A DNA stretch of 61,528 nt, the filler included. It is 7 parts of 7 records of this genome, joined end to end, with 100 filler letters (N's around TTAATTAATTAA, not from the genome) between each part and the next. Parts side by side here need not be neighbours in the genome. Positions count along the whole stretch, not along the records: positions 1 to 17,087 come from SRR31147125_37798; positions 17,188 to 23,980 come from SRR31147125_37833; 5 more parts are not named here. One strand, given 5' to 3'. Positions 10,943-21,347 of this stretch are shown piece after piece (the first letter of the stretch is position 1; each line of letters starts with the position of its first letter). A model generated the notes under the pieces. The model did no database searches. It was not told the origin of the DNA and saw only the letters and a list, made by a program, of their open reading frames with translations. Both the position numbers and the translations under genes were made by a program.

Positions 10943-11803
10943 TTACACCGACGTGTTGTTCTGTCCGGCTTTAAAGGATCCTAACACCTTAATAAAGAGT
11001 GCAATTTCCTGTAAATGTCTTATTGCATTGTTGCAGCGCTCTTCTTCCATATGTCCTTTGAAATCGATATAAAAGAAATAGTCCCAGGGGCGCCCTCTTA
11101 ATGGGCGTGATTCGATCCTGATGAGATCAATGTCCCGTAGTGCAAAAACGCTTAAACTCTTGAATAGAGCTCCCGGAATATTTTTCATAGCGAACACGAT
11201 AGAGGTTTTGTCCGGATCGCCGATTTTTATATTTTTTTTACAGATAATCAGGAATCTGGTATAATTTTCCGGAATATCTTCAATCTCTTCACGCAATATG
11301 TTCATGCCATAATCTTCGGCTGATTTTCTGCTGGCAATAGCAGCGGCATGTTTTAAATCCTTGTCTCGCACCATTTTTACACTGCCAGCCGTATCATAGC
11401 TTGCTACCGATTCAATGTTATCCAGAGAAGAAAGGAATTTTTTGCATTGCTCCAGAGCCTGCGGGTGAGAATAAATGGTTTTTATTTCATCAATACTAAC
11501 ACCCGGTGAAGCGATGAGATGTTGCTCTATACGCAGAGAGTGTTCGCCAACAATTTTCAGGTCTTTTTCGAGAAGCAAATCGTAATTTCTGTGAATGCTT
11601 CCTGTTAATGAGTTTTCCACAGGAATTATGCCGAATACGCTTTTGCCTTCTTCAACGATCTGAAATACATCCTCAAAGTTTTTGCATGGGATGGGTTGAA
11701 TCTGATCACCAAAAAATTTTTTTGCTGCAATTTCGCTGAAAGCATAAGCTGCACCCTGAAAAGCAACCGTGATTGGTTTTTCTAATTCACCAAAAGATTT
11801 CAT
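10943..11803 (-). CDS. pheA: Prephenate dehydratase with ACT domain
   Basis: VAFQG, PVENSLTG, SHPQAL, NYTRF and IESRP motifs. Confidence 0.92.
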   Translation of the reverse strand: MKSFGELEKPITVAFQGAAYAFSEIAAKKFFGDQIQPIPCKNFEDVFQIVEEGKSVFGIIPVENSLTGSIHRNYDLLLEKDLKIVGEHSLRIEQHLIASPGVSIDEIKTIYSHPQALEQCKKFLSSLDNIESVASYDTAGSVKMVRDKDLKHAAAIASRKSAEDYGMNILREEIEDIPENYTRFLIICKKNIKIGDPDKTSIVFAMKNIPGALFKSLSVFALRDIDLIRIESRPLRGRPWDYFFYIDFKGHMEEERCNNAIRHLQEIALFIKVLGSFKAGQNNTSV

Positions 11804-11906
11804 GTAATCCTGAAATAATATTAATACAGTCGAATATAATTAAATAATGATATAGATGGCAAATATAATCATTTTATTAGGAATAATCAAGTATTAGCGC
11901 AACTTT

Positions 11907-12900
11907 TTAAGCTAATTTCGTCGAAATGACCGTATTACTCTCAGCAAAAATAGTGTTCAGTATTATGCCTATACAGCCAATCGGAGGCAGGAGGAACAGG
12001 CCGATAATTCCAAAGCTAATATAGCCAAGCAGGATTAAAAGGAGTATATGAGTGGAAGAAAAAATGCAATACTTTTTCATTTGTTCGTTTGATAAAACAT
12101 ACCTTGCAAACCATATCACAGCCAGGCTTATGAATAGTCCAATTAGCTGAAAATATGATAGTGGGAGTAATATAAAATTCATAAATATTATAAAAGCACC
12201 ACACCATATACCCAGCTGGGGGGTTAGTGCGCACAGAAAAGTCATCATAATCAGTTCCGGTTTGTCTGGTAGTCCCAAAAGAAAAAATGAAAGAGCCCAC
12301 ATTACGGCAATAAAAATGGCATGAAAAAACTGAAATCGAATGTTTTGTAAAATAAATCTAATTTTTGTAAACAGATAGGCTGTGAATTCAAAGTGTGAGT
12401 TTGGCATTAATAAAAGTAATCGTTTTGTATACCATCTTTTATAAAGAAACAATAAAAGTGCCATTAGGAAAGCCAATAAAATAATCGTTATATTAGCAAA
12501 GAAAAAAAGAAGGCCTTGCCGGAATAAAGTTTTATTGATTTAATACATGTTTCTGAAAATGATGGAACCGAAAAGATGTCCAATAGATGGCTGTTATAAA
12601 GTTGGCTTTTAATGGATGTACGTAAAAAGGATAAATCAATTATGGGTAGAAAAAAATGTGCATGAATATACAGCCTGTTAACGTGGATATAATAATGATT
12701 AGATTTAATTTTCTTTTAAATGTGCTACGTAATTCTGTATTTGCAGAGAAAAGGGATGAAAAAAGGATCAGGTAAAAGACAAATTGGCTGATTTTAATAT
12801 CAAGTTGGGTTAAAAAAAATAAAAAGAGACATATGGGTATAGTAAATCGAAAGGAGTAGAGAAGGGCTGTAAAATCTGATCCTGTGGCTGTTAACTTCAT
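11907..12900 (-). CDS. Polytopic membrane protein, AI-2E-like, split by two probable homopolymer frameshifts
   Basis: Hydrophobic ORFs 12640-12900 and 11907-12476 can be joined through A-runs near 12655 and 12505. The C-terminus (LLGYISFGIIGLFLLPP) resembles AI-2E transporters. Confidence 0.45.
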
Positions 12901-12912
12901 GTTTTGTCAATC

Positions 12913-13434
12913 CTAAACTACGATGTTTGCTTTTGCAAGATGTGTGGCCAGGTCCAGGAATTTGTGTCGGGATTCTTCCAGGTCTTCACATAGGATATTT
13001 CCAATAGCAGAAAGCAGTTTTATCGCACAAGTCGGGTGGTGGGCGATAATGTCTAAAAAATCTGATCGTAATAAGACTAAAACAATGGATTTTTCCAGAG
13101 CTAATGCTTTCGAAAGTCTTGGTTTATCACTAAATAAGGAAGCGTATCCAAAAACTCCATAAGGTTCGACAAGATAAGCTCGTTGTTCGGAGTGGTTTTT
13201 GACTGTTTTGAAAATCCCAACCGAACCACTCACCAAAAGATAGGTAGAAACAGCCGGGCTTTGGAATCCGTAAATTTCTTCGTCCGGTGAATATGGTCTG
13301 ATAAGAAGATATTTAGCCAGGATTTTTTTCTCTGTGAGATCAAATTCGTCAAACCAGGGAAACATGTGGAGGTAATCCATTTCCCGGGTTGTTTCGCCTT
13401 TGAAATAGTGTATTATTTTTTGTAAATCACCCAT
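12913..13434 (-). CDS. Cyclic nucleotide-binding domain protein (no HTH)
   Basis: cNMP-binding pattern YLLVSGSVGI...VFGYASLF..PRLSKALALE. Confidence 0.8.
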   Translation of the reverse strand: MGDLQKIIHYFKGETTREMDYLHMFPWFDEFDLTEKKILAKYLLIRPYSPDEEIYGFQSPAVSTYLLVSGSVGIFKTVKNHSEQRAYLVEPYGVFGYASLFSDKPRLSKALALEKSIVLVLLRSDFLDIIAHHPTCAIKLLSAIGNILCEDLEESRHKFLDLATHLAKANIVV

Positions 13435-13584
13435 AAATCCTCTTTACACTAGCCTGTTTTAGAAAATATAGATAATAGCCTTCAGACAAGCAAGAAAATA
13501 AAGAAAATGATTACATGCTTGAGTCAATAGTTGTAAGAGTTATTTTCTATTGCTTTTATCGGCTTAAAAAGTTATCTTTGCATA

Positions 13585-14790
13585 ATGTATTCTATTGAAA
13601 AAATAAAATTTCTCGTCGTTTTCCTTTTTTTGGTTTCAATTAAAAGTGCCAGTCCGGAGTCCAGTGCTCTCAAGGGTGACGTATCTCAGCAAAATGAGTT
13701 GGAAGAGATGCGTATTCAGATTAACAAGTTTGAAAAACAATTGGCTAAAAAGAAACAAAAGGAAGAATCTGTTTTAACCCTGATTTCAACTCTTGATCAG
13801 GAGATCGATGCTACGAATTCTTATCTTGCATCGATTAATAAAGATGTACGCCTTCGGGGGAAACAGATTAAAAAATTAAACAAAGAAATCGATGTCACCT
13901 CCGACGAGGTTGTGGCACTCAGGGAGCTACTTAAAAAACGTCTCGTGACATTTTATAAATACGGGCGGACTCGATTTTATGAAGTACTTTTTTCCAGCAA
14001 ATCATTTACTCAGCTGGCTGCCTGGATGCATTATAAAAAGATTATTGCAGAAAATGACAGGCGTAATTATCAATCCATATTAAAGAAAAAACAAACTCTT
14101 GTACAGGCAAAAGAAATGCTGCAAATTCAATTGGCTGAACAAGATGAAAAACATAACGAGTTAAAAAAAGAAAAGAGACAGCTGGTAAAAAGTCGTAAAA
14201 AGCGGGAATCCTATTTAACAGATATTCGAAATGATCAAAAAGTGATCAGTCAGCGTCTTAAAGAGATCCGTGAAGCGGAAAAGCAGATACTGGCCTTTAT
14301 AACAAGAGCTGAAGAAGCGAGGCTTACAAAAGATTTAAAGAGACCGTCAAGAAAAACAGAAAAATCAGCCGAACTTAAAAGGACCTATAAATTTTCTCAG
14401 CTTAAGGGAAAGCTGGAGTGGCCGACAAGTGGACCCGTCATCAGTCATTTCGGCCGGCAAAAACATCCCAGATTAAAGACGATTACAGAAAATTTGGGCA
14501 TTGAAATTAAGGCGACTTATGGATCTCCGGTTAAAACTGTAGATGAAGGGATCGTTCAGACCATCACATGGCAGCGAGGTAGAGGCAACATCATTATCAT
14601 CAGTCATGACGATGGCTATTACACTGTTTATACCCACCTGGCTGAAATACACGTTGATACTCAGGAAATGGTTAAGGCTGGTCAGGTAATAGGTACGGTA
14701 GGTGATTCCGGGTCGTTAAATGGCCCTATTCTTCATTTTCAGATTTGGAAAAATACAAAAAACCTTAATCCTGAGGACTGGTTAGCATAA
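13585..14790 (+). CDS. envC: Murein hydrolase activator EnvC-like (coiled coil plus M23 domain)
   Basis: Signal peptide, long coiled coil, then LEWPTSG...GIEI...YTHL...LHFQIW..NPEDWL. Confidence 0.8.
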   Translation: MYSIEKIKFLVVFLFLVSIKSASPESSALKGDVSQQNELEEMRIQINKFEKQLAKKKQKEESVLTLISTLDQEIDATNSYLASINKDVRLRGKQIKKLNKEIDVTSDEVVALRELLKKRLVTFYKYGRTRFYEVLFSSKSFTQLAAWMHYKKIIAENDRRNYQSILKKKQTLVQAKEMLQIQLAEQDEKHNELKKEKRQLVKSRKKRESYLTDIRNDQKVISQRLKEIREAEKQILAFITRAEEARLTKDLKRPSRKTEKSAELKRTYKFSQLKGKLEWPTSGPVISHFGRQKHPRLKTITENLGIEIKATYGSPVKTVDEGIVQTITWQRGRGNIIIISHDDGYYTVYTHLAEIHVDTQEMVKAGQVIGTVGDSGSLNGPILHFQIWKNTKNLNPEDWLA

Positions 14791-14899
14791 ATTAATAGTA
14801 AAAAGTAATATTTTCATTTTACTGGATCGTAATGTATCCAGTTTTCTATTTATTGGATTAATATATTTTGAACAAAGAGTTTTTAATTATAGATGTGCT

Positions 14900-15991
14900 A
14901 TGAGTTTTAATAGAGTTCTCGGTCAGAACAGACCCAAAGAAATTATTTTAAAGGCAATAGATAACAACAGGATTGCTCATGCCTATCTTTTTAGTGGGCC
15001 TGATGGTGTTGGAAAAGAAGCTCTTGCGATCGAACTGGCCAAAACTTTTTTTTGCGAGGACGAGGTCAACAAACCTTGTGGTGAATGCTCTGGTTGTAAG
15101 CGAGTTGGGGGATTTTCCCATCCTGATTTTCGTTTTATCTTTCCGATGCCGACATCTGCAAGTGTAGACGAGGAACGGTCTGTTCTTGATAGTGTGGCGC
15201 AGGATCCGTATTCACGCAAGAAACCCTGGGCAGCTCCGTCTATAAGTATCGAACGAATACGCCAGTTAAGGCGATTGAGCGCTTTAAAACCTCTGGAAGG
15301 CAAAAGAGTGATTATTATTGCCGAAGCAGACAGGATGACCATTGAAGCCACAAACTCGTTGTTAAAGATCCTTGAAGAACCGCCACCCTTGATGCATATG
15401 ATCCTGACAACGTCAAAAGTAAATTCAATTTTACCGACGATTTTATCCCGATGCCAGGAAGTTCGGTTCGGCCTGGTGTCCGATTCTCTGATTGAACGAC
15501 AACTTGTTGAAAAAAGAGATATTTCTGGGATTGAAGCTCAACTTGTGGCGCGAATTTGTCAGGGTAGTTACAGGCGCGCGGTAGAATGGCTTGAGGAAGA
15601 TCTGGACATGCGGCGAGAATTTGTTGTCGAATTGCTTCGTGTATGTCTGAAAGATAATCTGACTCAGATCCAACTTGTCGAAGAAATGGTCCAGAAATTT
15701 GACAAACGGATCATTCAGGACATACTAAGTCTTGTTCTTATATGGTTTCGGGATACTTTAATCCTTTTAAATGAACAGGGAAATACCGGCGAGATCGATC
15801 GGTTATTAGTCAATGTCGATAAGAGGGAAACATTAATAAAATTTGTCAGTGCGTTTCAATCGATCGATTATGATGATATATTCTATGAGATTGAACAATC
15901 TATTGAATCTATAAACAGAAATGTACAAATCAATTTAATATTGTTGGTATTACTATCGAAAATGAGAAATATGATGAAGATTAAAAGGTAA
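14900..15991 (+). CDS. holB: DNA polymerase III delta' subunit
   Basis: HAYLFSGPDGVGK, zinc cluster C...CGECSGC, HPDF, NSLLKILEEPP, TILSRC. Confidence 0.92.
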   Translation: MSFNRVLGQNRPKEIILKAIDNNRIAHAYLFSGPDGVGKEALAIELAKTFFCEDEVNKPCGECSGCKRVGGFSHPDFRFIFPMPTSASVDEERSVLDSVAQDPYSRKKPWAAPSISIERIRQLRRLSALKPLEGKRVIIIAEADRMTIEATNSLLKILEEPPPLMHMILTTSKVNSILPTILSRCQEVRFGLVSDSLIERQLVEKRDISGIEAQLVARICQGSYRRAVEWLEEDLDMRREFVVELLRVCLKDNLTQIQLVEEMVQKFDKRIIQDILSLVLIWFRDTLILLNEQGNTGEIDRLLVNVDKRETLIKFVSAFQSIDYDDIFYEIEQSIESINRNVQINLILLVLLSKMRNMMKIKR

Positions 15992-15997
15992 TTTATT

Positions 15998-16881
15998 ATG
16001 ATAGAGGTAATATTCAAAGGCGAACGCAAAGAGATTTATGATAATCCCCAACAATTTCCATTCAAAGTTGGCGATCATGTTATCGTTGAGGCTGAAAAGG
16101 GTGAAGATCTTGGCATAGTCAATCAAATTGGCCCCATGTTAAAAAGGAAAATGTAAAAGGGGACTGTAAGAATTTAATTCGCAAATCAACCATCAAGGAT
16201 CTTGAGAAATTTAATCGGAACCGGGAGAAAGAATTACAAGCTTTTAAAAAGTGCCGGAAAAAGGTTGTCGAACACAATCTGGATATGAAACTGGTTGATG
16301 TGGAATACCAATTTGATGGAAACAAGATCACCTTTTATTTTACGGCAGAAAAGCGTGTTGATTTTCGTGAACTGGTCAAAGATTTGGCCAGCATTTATAA
16401 GGTTCGTATCGAATTAAGGCAAATCGGTGTCAGGGATGAGGCGAAACGAATAGGTGGATATGGATTATGCGGCAGAAAATTGTGTTGCACAAGTTTTCTC
16501 ACGGAATTTGAACCAATTACAACACAATGTGCCAAAGAACAGAATTTACCCCTTAATCCACAAAAACTGTCCGGCTTGTGTGGTCGCTTACTTTGTTGTT
16601 TGATGTTTGAGAGAGAATTTTATCAGGATCAATCCTGCAAATTGCCGCAAATAAATGCCCTTTATAAAACACCCCAGGGAACCGGTAGAGTTGTAAAACT
16701 GGACGTTTTTAATGAATGTGTGACTCTCATCATTGGTGACTCAAAATTCGAATCTTTCTCGCTAGAGGAACTGGATAACTTTAAAAAGCTTGAATCGTCA
16801 GATAAAGGTTCGAAACATGAGGATGCTGGAAAGGCAAAGAAGGAGAGTCATAAAAAGAAAGCGGATGACAAGCGGAAATAG
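15998..16881 (+). CDS. ricT: PSP1/YaaT (RicT) family protein, one homopolymer frameshift near 16143
   Basis: N-terminal part MIEVIFKGERK...GDHVIVEAEKGEDLG starts at 15998. C-terminal part has RVDFRELVKDLA, RIELRQIGVRDEA, GLCGRKLCC and CGRLLCCL. The holB-ricT-metG order is typical. Confidence 0.85.
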
Positions 16882-16948
16882 CCGGCTTTAAATCATTCAT
16901 CAGACTGAGAAAATGTGAGATTTAATAGTTAAGATAGGACGTATATTA

Positions 16949-17087
16949 ATGAAAGAAGATTCCAGAAAATACAAGCGAATACTCGTAACAAGTGCTTTGC
17001 CTTATGCAAACGGACCTATTCATTTAGGGCATTTGGCTGGTGCCTATTTATCTGCGGATATTTATGTCAGGTACCAGCGATTAAAAA
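16949..17087 (+). CDS. metG: Methionyl-tRNA synthetase, 5' fragment at contig end
   Basis: [23 protein letters not shown] (HIGH motif). Confidence 0.92.
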
Positions 17088-17187
17088 NNNNNNNNNNNNN
17101 NNNNNNNNNNNNNNNNNNNNNNNNNNNNNNNTTAATTAATTAANNNNNNNNNNNNNNNNNNNNNNNNNNNNNNNNNNNNNNNNNNNN
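17088..17187. other. Artificial contig-joining spacer
   Basis: N44-TTAATTAATTAA-N44 (stops in all six frames); identical at six places in the window. Confidence 0.98.
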
Positions 17188-17203
17188 TTATGCAAATGAT
17201 TTA

Positions 17204-18196
17204 TTGATATTTTTTGATTATCTTTATGAACAATGTGATGGTTTTGATGATATAAGACATTATTATGACAAATATATGGAATATAACTCAAAAGAACATG
17301 ATTTTGATAAATTAGTTAATACAAATGATAAGGAGAAATCGCCCCCTACCCACCCATCTGAATATGTAAATTTATCCCATATTGAATCTGTTACTACAAA
17401 GGACATTGAGAAATTTTTGCAGTATATTTCTGTTTATATAAAAGACGGTAAAACCATAACAAACTCAAACAGCGGAAAAAAACGCAAATTATCATCAATA
17501 AGCTCATTTTTTACTTATTTAATTAAGCATAGAATGATCAAGGAAGATCCAACAAATATAATAGATTCTCCTAAAATAAAAGATAAGTCTATTTTAAGGC
17601 TAACTCCTGATGAAATATCAAAACTAATACAAATAGTCGAATCAGGTGAAGGCTTAACTGGACGAGAACTGTCGTATCATAAAAAAACCGTTTTTAGAGA
17701 TACGGCTATAATAGTTTTACTACTGGATACAGGTATACGATTAAGTGAATTAGTAGGAATAAATTTAAAAGATTTATTTTTTGATGAGAACGCTTTCAAA
17801 GTAACGCGAAAAGGCGGAAGTCAGGCTATATTATACTACTCGAACTACACAAAAGACATTTTAAATAGGTATTATGAACAACGAATAAAAATTGAAGTAC
17901 AAAACAATGATAAAAATGCCCTATTTTTATCTCTGCAAAATAAACGTATTACACATAGAGCGATTGAAAATTTAGTAAAAAAGTATACTCGCATAGTTAA
18001 TCCTTTAAAAAAGATATCCCCGCATAAATTTAGAAGCACTTTTGGCACAGCATTGTATCATAATACTGGTGATATATATCTAGTTGCTGATGTGCTTGGT
18101 CATCGTGATGTAAACACTACAAAGAAGCATTATGCAGCAATTAGTGAAGACAGACGTAAAGAAGCACCTAAAAATATTGATTATTTTGACGAGTAA
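17204..18196 (+). CDS. Tyrosine recombinase, XerC/XerD-like, 5' truncated
   Basis: Catalytic set R (TGIRLSE), K (RKGG), HKFR, LGH and Y (TKKHY). Confidence 0.9.
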   Translation: MIFFDYLYEQCDGFDDIRHYYDKYMEYNSKEHDFDKLVNTNDKEKSPPTHPSEYVNLSHIESVTTKDIEKFLQYISVYIKDGKTITNSNSGKKRKLSSISSFFTYLIKHRMIKEDPTNIIDSPKIKDKSILRLTPDEISKLIQIVESGEGLTGRELSYHKKTVFRDTAIIVLLLDTGIRLSELVGINLKDLFFDENAFKVTRKGGSQAILYYSNYTKDILNRYYEQRIKIEVQNNDKNALFLSLQNKRITHRAIENLVKKYTRIVNPLKKISPHKFRSTFGTALYHNTGDIYLVADVLGHRDVNTTKKHYAAISEDRRKEAPKNIDYFDE

Positions 18197-18198
18197 TG

Positions 18199-18212
18199 CG
18201 AACAATGGTTTG
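18199..18212 (+). promoter_or_regulatory. Gram-positive LexA (SOS/Cheo) box
   Basis: CGAAC-AATG-GTTTG against the consensus CGAAC-N4-GTTYG; directly upstream of lexA and overlapping its -35. Confidence 0.85.
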
Positions 18213-18238
18213 ACATTCTCGCATGAAAGTGCTATTAT
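18210..18238 (+). promoter_or_regulatory. Sigma-A promoter of lexA
   Basis: TTGACA (18210-15), 17-nt spacer, TATTAT (18233-38) with an extended -10 TG; AGGAG RBS before the ATG at 18268. Confidence 0.85.
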
Positions 18239-18267
18239 ATATTTAATACATTTACAGGAGCTAATAT

Positions 18268-18894
18268 ATGAATGATATAAATGAATTAACTGGAATGCAG
18301 AGAAAAATCTACTTGTATTTAAAAGAATATGTTGAAACACACAATTATGCGCCATCTGTACGTGATATTTGTTCTGCCGTAGGTTTAACATCTACATCTA
18401 CAGTTCATGGTCATTTGACTAGACTGGAAAACAAGGGCTTTATTAAACGCGGGCTTGGTAAATCTAGAGCTATAGAGATAATTGATGCCGACAGAGAAGC
18501 AAGAGCACGTGCACTTACTGTTCCGCTTATCGGTGAAGTTACTGCCGGTATGCCGATGTTTGCTGACGAGAATATTCATGAATATTTACCTATGCCAAAA
18601 TATATAGTTGCAGACGAAGACTCTTTTGCTTTAAAAGTAAAAGGTGAAAGCATGATTGAGGCTGGTATCAGCAATGGTGATTTTATAGTTGTTAAACGAC
18701 AAAACTATGCATTTGATGGAGATATTGTTGTAGCATTAGTTGGTGATGATGAAGCAACAACAAAGACATTTTACTTAGAAGGTAAAAACGTTAGGCTGCA
18801 GCCTGAAAACGAAGCAATGGAACCTATGGTTTTTCCTGCGGATAATGTTAAAATTCTAGGTAAAGTTACAGCTCTATTCAGACGTATTCGTTAA
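18268..18894 (+). CDS. lexA: LexA repressor
   Basis: HTH PSVRDIC..VGLTSTSTV, cleavage site VTAG, catalytic Ser (GESM) and Lys (TTK). Confidence 0.96.
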   Translation: MNDINELTGMQRKIYLYLKEYVETHNYAPSVRDICSAVGLTSTSTVHGHLTRLENKGFIKRGLGKSRAIEIIDADREARARALTVPLIGEVTAGMPMFADENIHEYLPMPKYIVADEDSFALKVKGESMIEAGISNGDFIVVKRQNYAFDGDIVVALVGDDEATTKTFYLEGKNVRLQPENEAMEPMVFPADNVKILGKVTALFRRIR

Positions 18895-20148
18895 AGTTTT
18901 TATCAATGCTAGCTTACAATGTTCATATGTAATCCCACCTTGTAAATAAACAAGGTATGGCGGATTATCATTAACTGGTGCGTCAGCTGATAATTCAATT
19001 GAAGCACCCTGCACAAAAGTACCAGCTGCCATTATAACTTTCTCAGAATAACCAGGCATTTCCCAAGGCTCAGGCATTAGGTGTGAGTCGACGGGAGATG
19101 CTTCTTGTATACCTTTGCAGAATCTTATTAATTCCTCATTTGAGTGTAATTTGATACTCTGTGTTATATCTCCTCGGTCAGCTTCTATCTGAGGCATTAC
19201 ATCATAACCAAGTTCTTTATAAACTCCAGAAAAAAGCAAAGCGCATTTTAAAGATTGTGCTACTATATGCGGCGCCATAAAAAGTCCTTGAAAAAGTAAT
19301 CTATATCCACTTTCATATGATCCGATTTCATCCTTTATGTCTACGGAATAGAAAAATGATGATATTTCATCTATACATTTTCTAGTTCCTGCTATATATG
19401 CGCCTGTTGGAGCTAAAGACCCACCTGGATTTTTTATTAAAGATCCAATGCATACATCAGCACCAACATCACAAGGCTCTTCTGTTTCTACAAATTCTCC
19501 ATAGCAGTTGTCCACAAAAACTATTGAACTAGGCGATTTTTCTTTTATTAACTTAACTATCTTTTTTATATCTTCAATCCTTAAGGCTTCTCTCCACATG
19601 TACCCTCGTGATTTTTGCACAAAAACAACTTTCGGACTATTATTGGATAAATATTCATTAATAGCATTATAATCAATTTCTTTACCTGAAATTAAATTAA
19701 TATCAATATATTTAACTCCATAATCTTCAAGGCTACTCCCCTGCCCTATGCTTTTTATTGAGTTGTAAATAGTGTCATATGGCTTGCCAGTAATTGATAA
19801 TAATATGTCATTAGGTTTTAAAAGCGCTCTTAAAGACATAACAATGGCGTGAGTCGCAGATCCAAATTGCGGGCGCACCAAAGAAGCCTCGCAGCCAAAA
19901 ACCAGAGAGAATACTTCCTCAAGTTTATATCTCCCTTCGTCTCCGTAGCCATATCCAGTGCTTCCAACAAAATGTCTGCTTTCCACTCTGGATTTTTGAA
20001 AAGCGTTTAATACTTTTTCTTGATTTAAAAGTGATATTTCATCAACACTAATAAAGTATCTGACATATTTTTTTTCTATGCCAGATACTAGATTATATAC
20101 TTCGGTTTTAGGTAAGCTCAATTTAGTCTTCACTGCCCTCCGTAGCAT
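18874..20148 (-). CDS. Methionine gamma-lyase family/aluminium-resistance protein (YnbB-like); true start may be TTG at 20121
   Basis: [28 protein letters not shown] and [19 protein letters not shown] motifs; follows hfq. Confidence 0.88.
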   Translation of the reverse strand: MLRRAVKTKLSLPKTEVYNLVSGIEKKYVRYFISVDEISLLNQEKVLNAFQKSRVESRHFVGSTGYGYGDEGRYKLEEVFSLVFGCEASLVRPQFGSATHAIVMSLRALLKPNDILLSITGKPYDTIYNSIKSIGQGSSLEDYGVKYIDINLISGKEIDYNAINEYLSNNSPKVVFVQKSRGYMWREALRIEDIKKIVKLIKEKSPSSIVFVDNCYGEFVETEEPCDVGADVCIGSLIKNPGGSLAPTGAYIAGTRKCIDEISSFFYSVDIKDEIGSYESGYRLLFQGLFMAPHIVAQSLKCALLFSGVYKELGYDVMPQIEADRGDITQSIKLHSNEELIRFCKGIQEASPVDSHLMPEPWEMPGYSEKVIMAAGTFVQGASIELSADAPVNDNPPYLVYLQGGITYEHCKLALIKTLTNTSE

Positions 20149-20359
20149 AAGTTATGGGCTCTGAAGGAGTCACTGATGAAATAGCGTGCTTATAAATCAT
20201 CATCTGTTTACCATCACATGAAAATACTACGACGTAATTATCAAATCCTTTAACTTGTCCCTTTAATTGATAACCGTTCGTCAGATGAATAGTAACTTGC
20301 ATATGAAGTTTTCTTACCTGGTTCAGGAAAGCATCCTGAATTAAATAACTTTTGTTCAT
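20123..20359 (-). CDS. hfq: RNA chaperone Hfq
   Basis: QDAFLN, LTNG..LKG.VKGFDNY and IYKHAIS motifs; downstream of miaA. Confidence 0.96.
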   Translation of the reverse strand: MNKSYLIQDAFLNQVRKLHMQVTIHLTNGYQLKGQVKGFDNYVVVFSCDGKQMMIYKHAISSVTPSEPITYATEGSED

Positions 20360-20405
20360 AACCGTCTCCTTTGTACATGCATATTATATATCAAATGCTT
20401 GAAAA

Positions 20406-21347
20406 TTAAAAGTAAATATTTTCTATCTTTGTGAAGATTTTTGTTTTTTTATGCATTATATTATCTTTATTGCTGAAATTTAGCCAAATTACAGTTTTTA
20501 ATCTCTTAAACCAAGTAATTTGTCTTTTTGCGTAGTTTCTTGAATATTGCTTTATTTTATTTATTGATTCTTCCAAACTAATTTCGCCCTCGAAATATTG
20601 GTTTAATTCTTTACAGCCAATTGCTTTAAATGCTGTATTGTCAGGTGAAATACCATAATCAAGCATACTTTTAATCTCTTTTATCAATCCAGCTTCAATC
20701 ATTAAATCAACACGCTTATTTATACGCGAATATAATTCTTCCCTATTCCATATTGTTCCTATTAGAAGCAGGTTATTATAATAAATTTGTTTCATATTCT
20801 TATTATAATATTCTTTTTTACTTTCACCCGTTAAATCATATACTTCTAAAGCTCTAATTACCCTATTAACATTATTTGGATGTATTCTATTGGCCACATC
20901 CTCAGATTTTCCTTTTAGTAAGCCGTGAAGTGCAAGTGCTCCGTTTTCTTCATAATACTTTGTATATTTTTGACGAATATATTTGTCTCCAGAAACTTTT
21001 GCAAAATCCATGTTATATATCACAGAGTCTACATAAAGACCAGTTCCACCACATAGTATTGGTAATTTACCTCTTAATTGAATATCTTTTATTGTTTTTC
21101 TTGCTGCTTTTTGATATTCTCCAACACTAAAATTAGTTTTAACATCGATAAAAGCTATTAAGTGGTGTTTAATACCATCCATTTCTTCAACAGTAGGCTG
21201 TGCTGTACTTATGGGCAATCCTTTGTAAACCTGCATTGAGTCACAGGATATAACTTCACCATTGTATTTTTTTGCTATCTCTATAGCTAAGCTTGTTTTG
21301 CCGCTTGCTGTAGCACCTAATACTACAACTAAATCATCATGCGTCAT
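20406..21347 (-). CDS. miaA: tRNA dimethylallyltransferase
   Basis: GATASGKT, DSMQVY, GGTGLY and RNYAKRQITWF motifs. Confidence 0.96.
   Translation of the reverse strand: MTHDDLVVVLGATASGKTSLAIEIAKKYNGEVISCDSMQVYKGLPISTAQPTVEEMDGIKHHLIAFIDVKTNFSVGEYQKAARKTIKDIQLRGKLPILCGGTGLYVDSVIYNMDFAKVSGDKYIRQKYTKYYEENGALALHGLLKGKSEDVANRIHPNNVNRVIRALEVYDLTGESKKEYYNKNMKQIYYNNLLLIGTIWNREELYSRINKRVDLMIEAGLIKEIKSMLDYGISPDNTAFKAIGCKELNQYFEGEISLEESINKIKQYSRNYAKRQITWFKRLKTVIWLNFSNKDNIMHKKTKIFTKIENIYF

Noticed and set aside
13573-13580. TATCTTTG Bacteroidota-type -7 element before envC
   Set aside because: Single short match 4 nt from the ATG in an AT-rich region; not enough support.
17132-17143. TTAATTAATTAA palindrome as a biological site
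   Set aside because: Synthetic six-frame stop linker inside N padding.
17204-18196. This recombinase as the integrase of the prophage at 55979-61528
   Set aside because: Different contig; it looks like a chromosomal Xer-type gene beside lexA.
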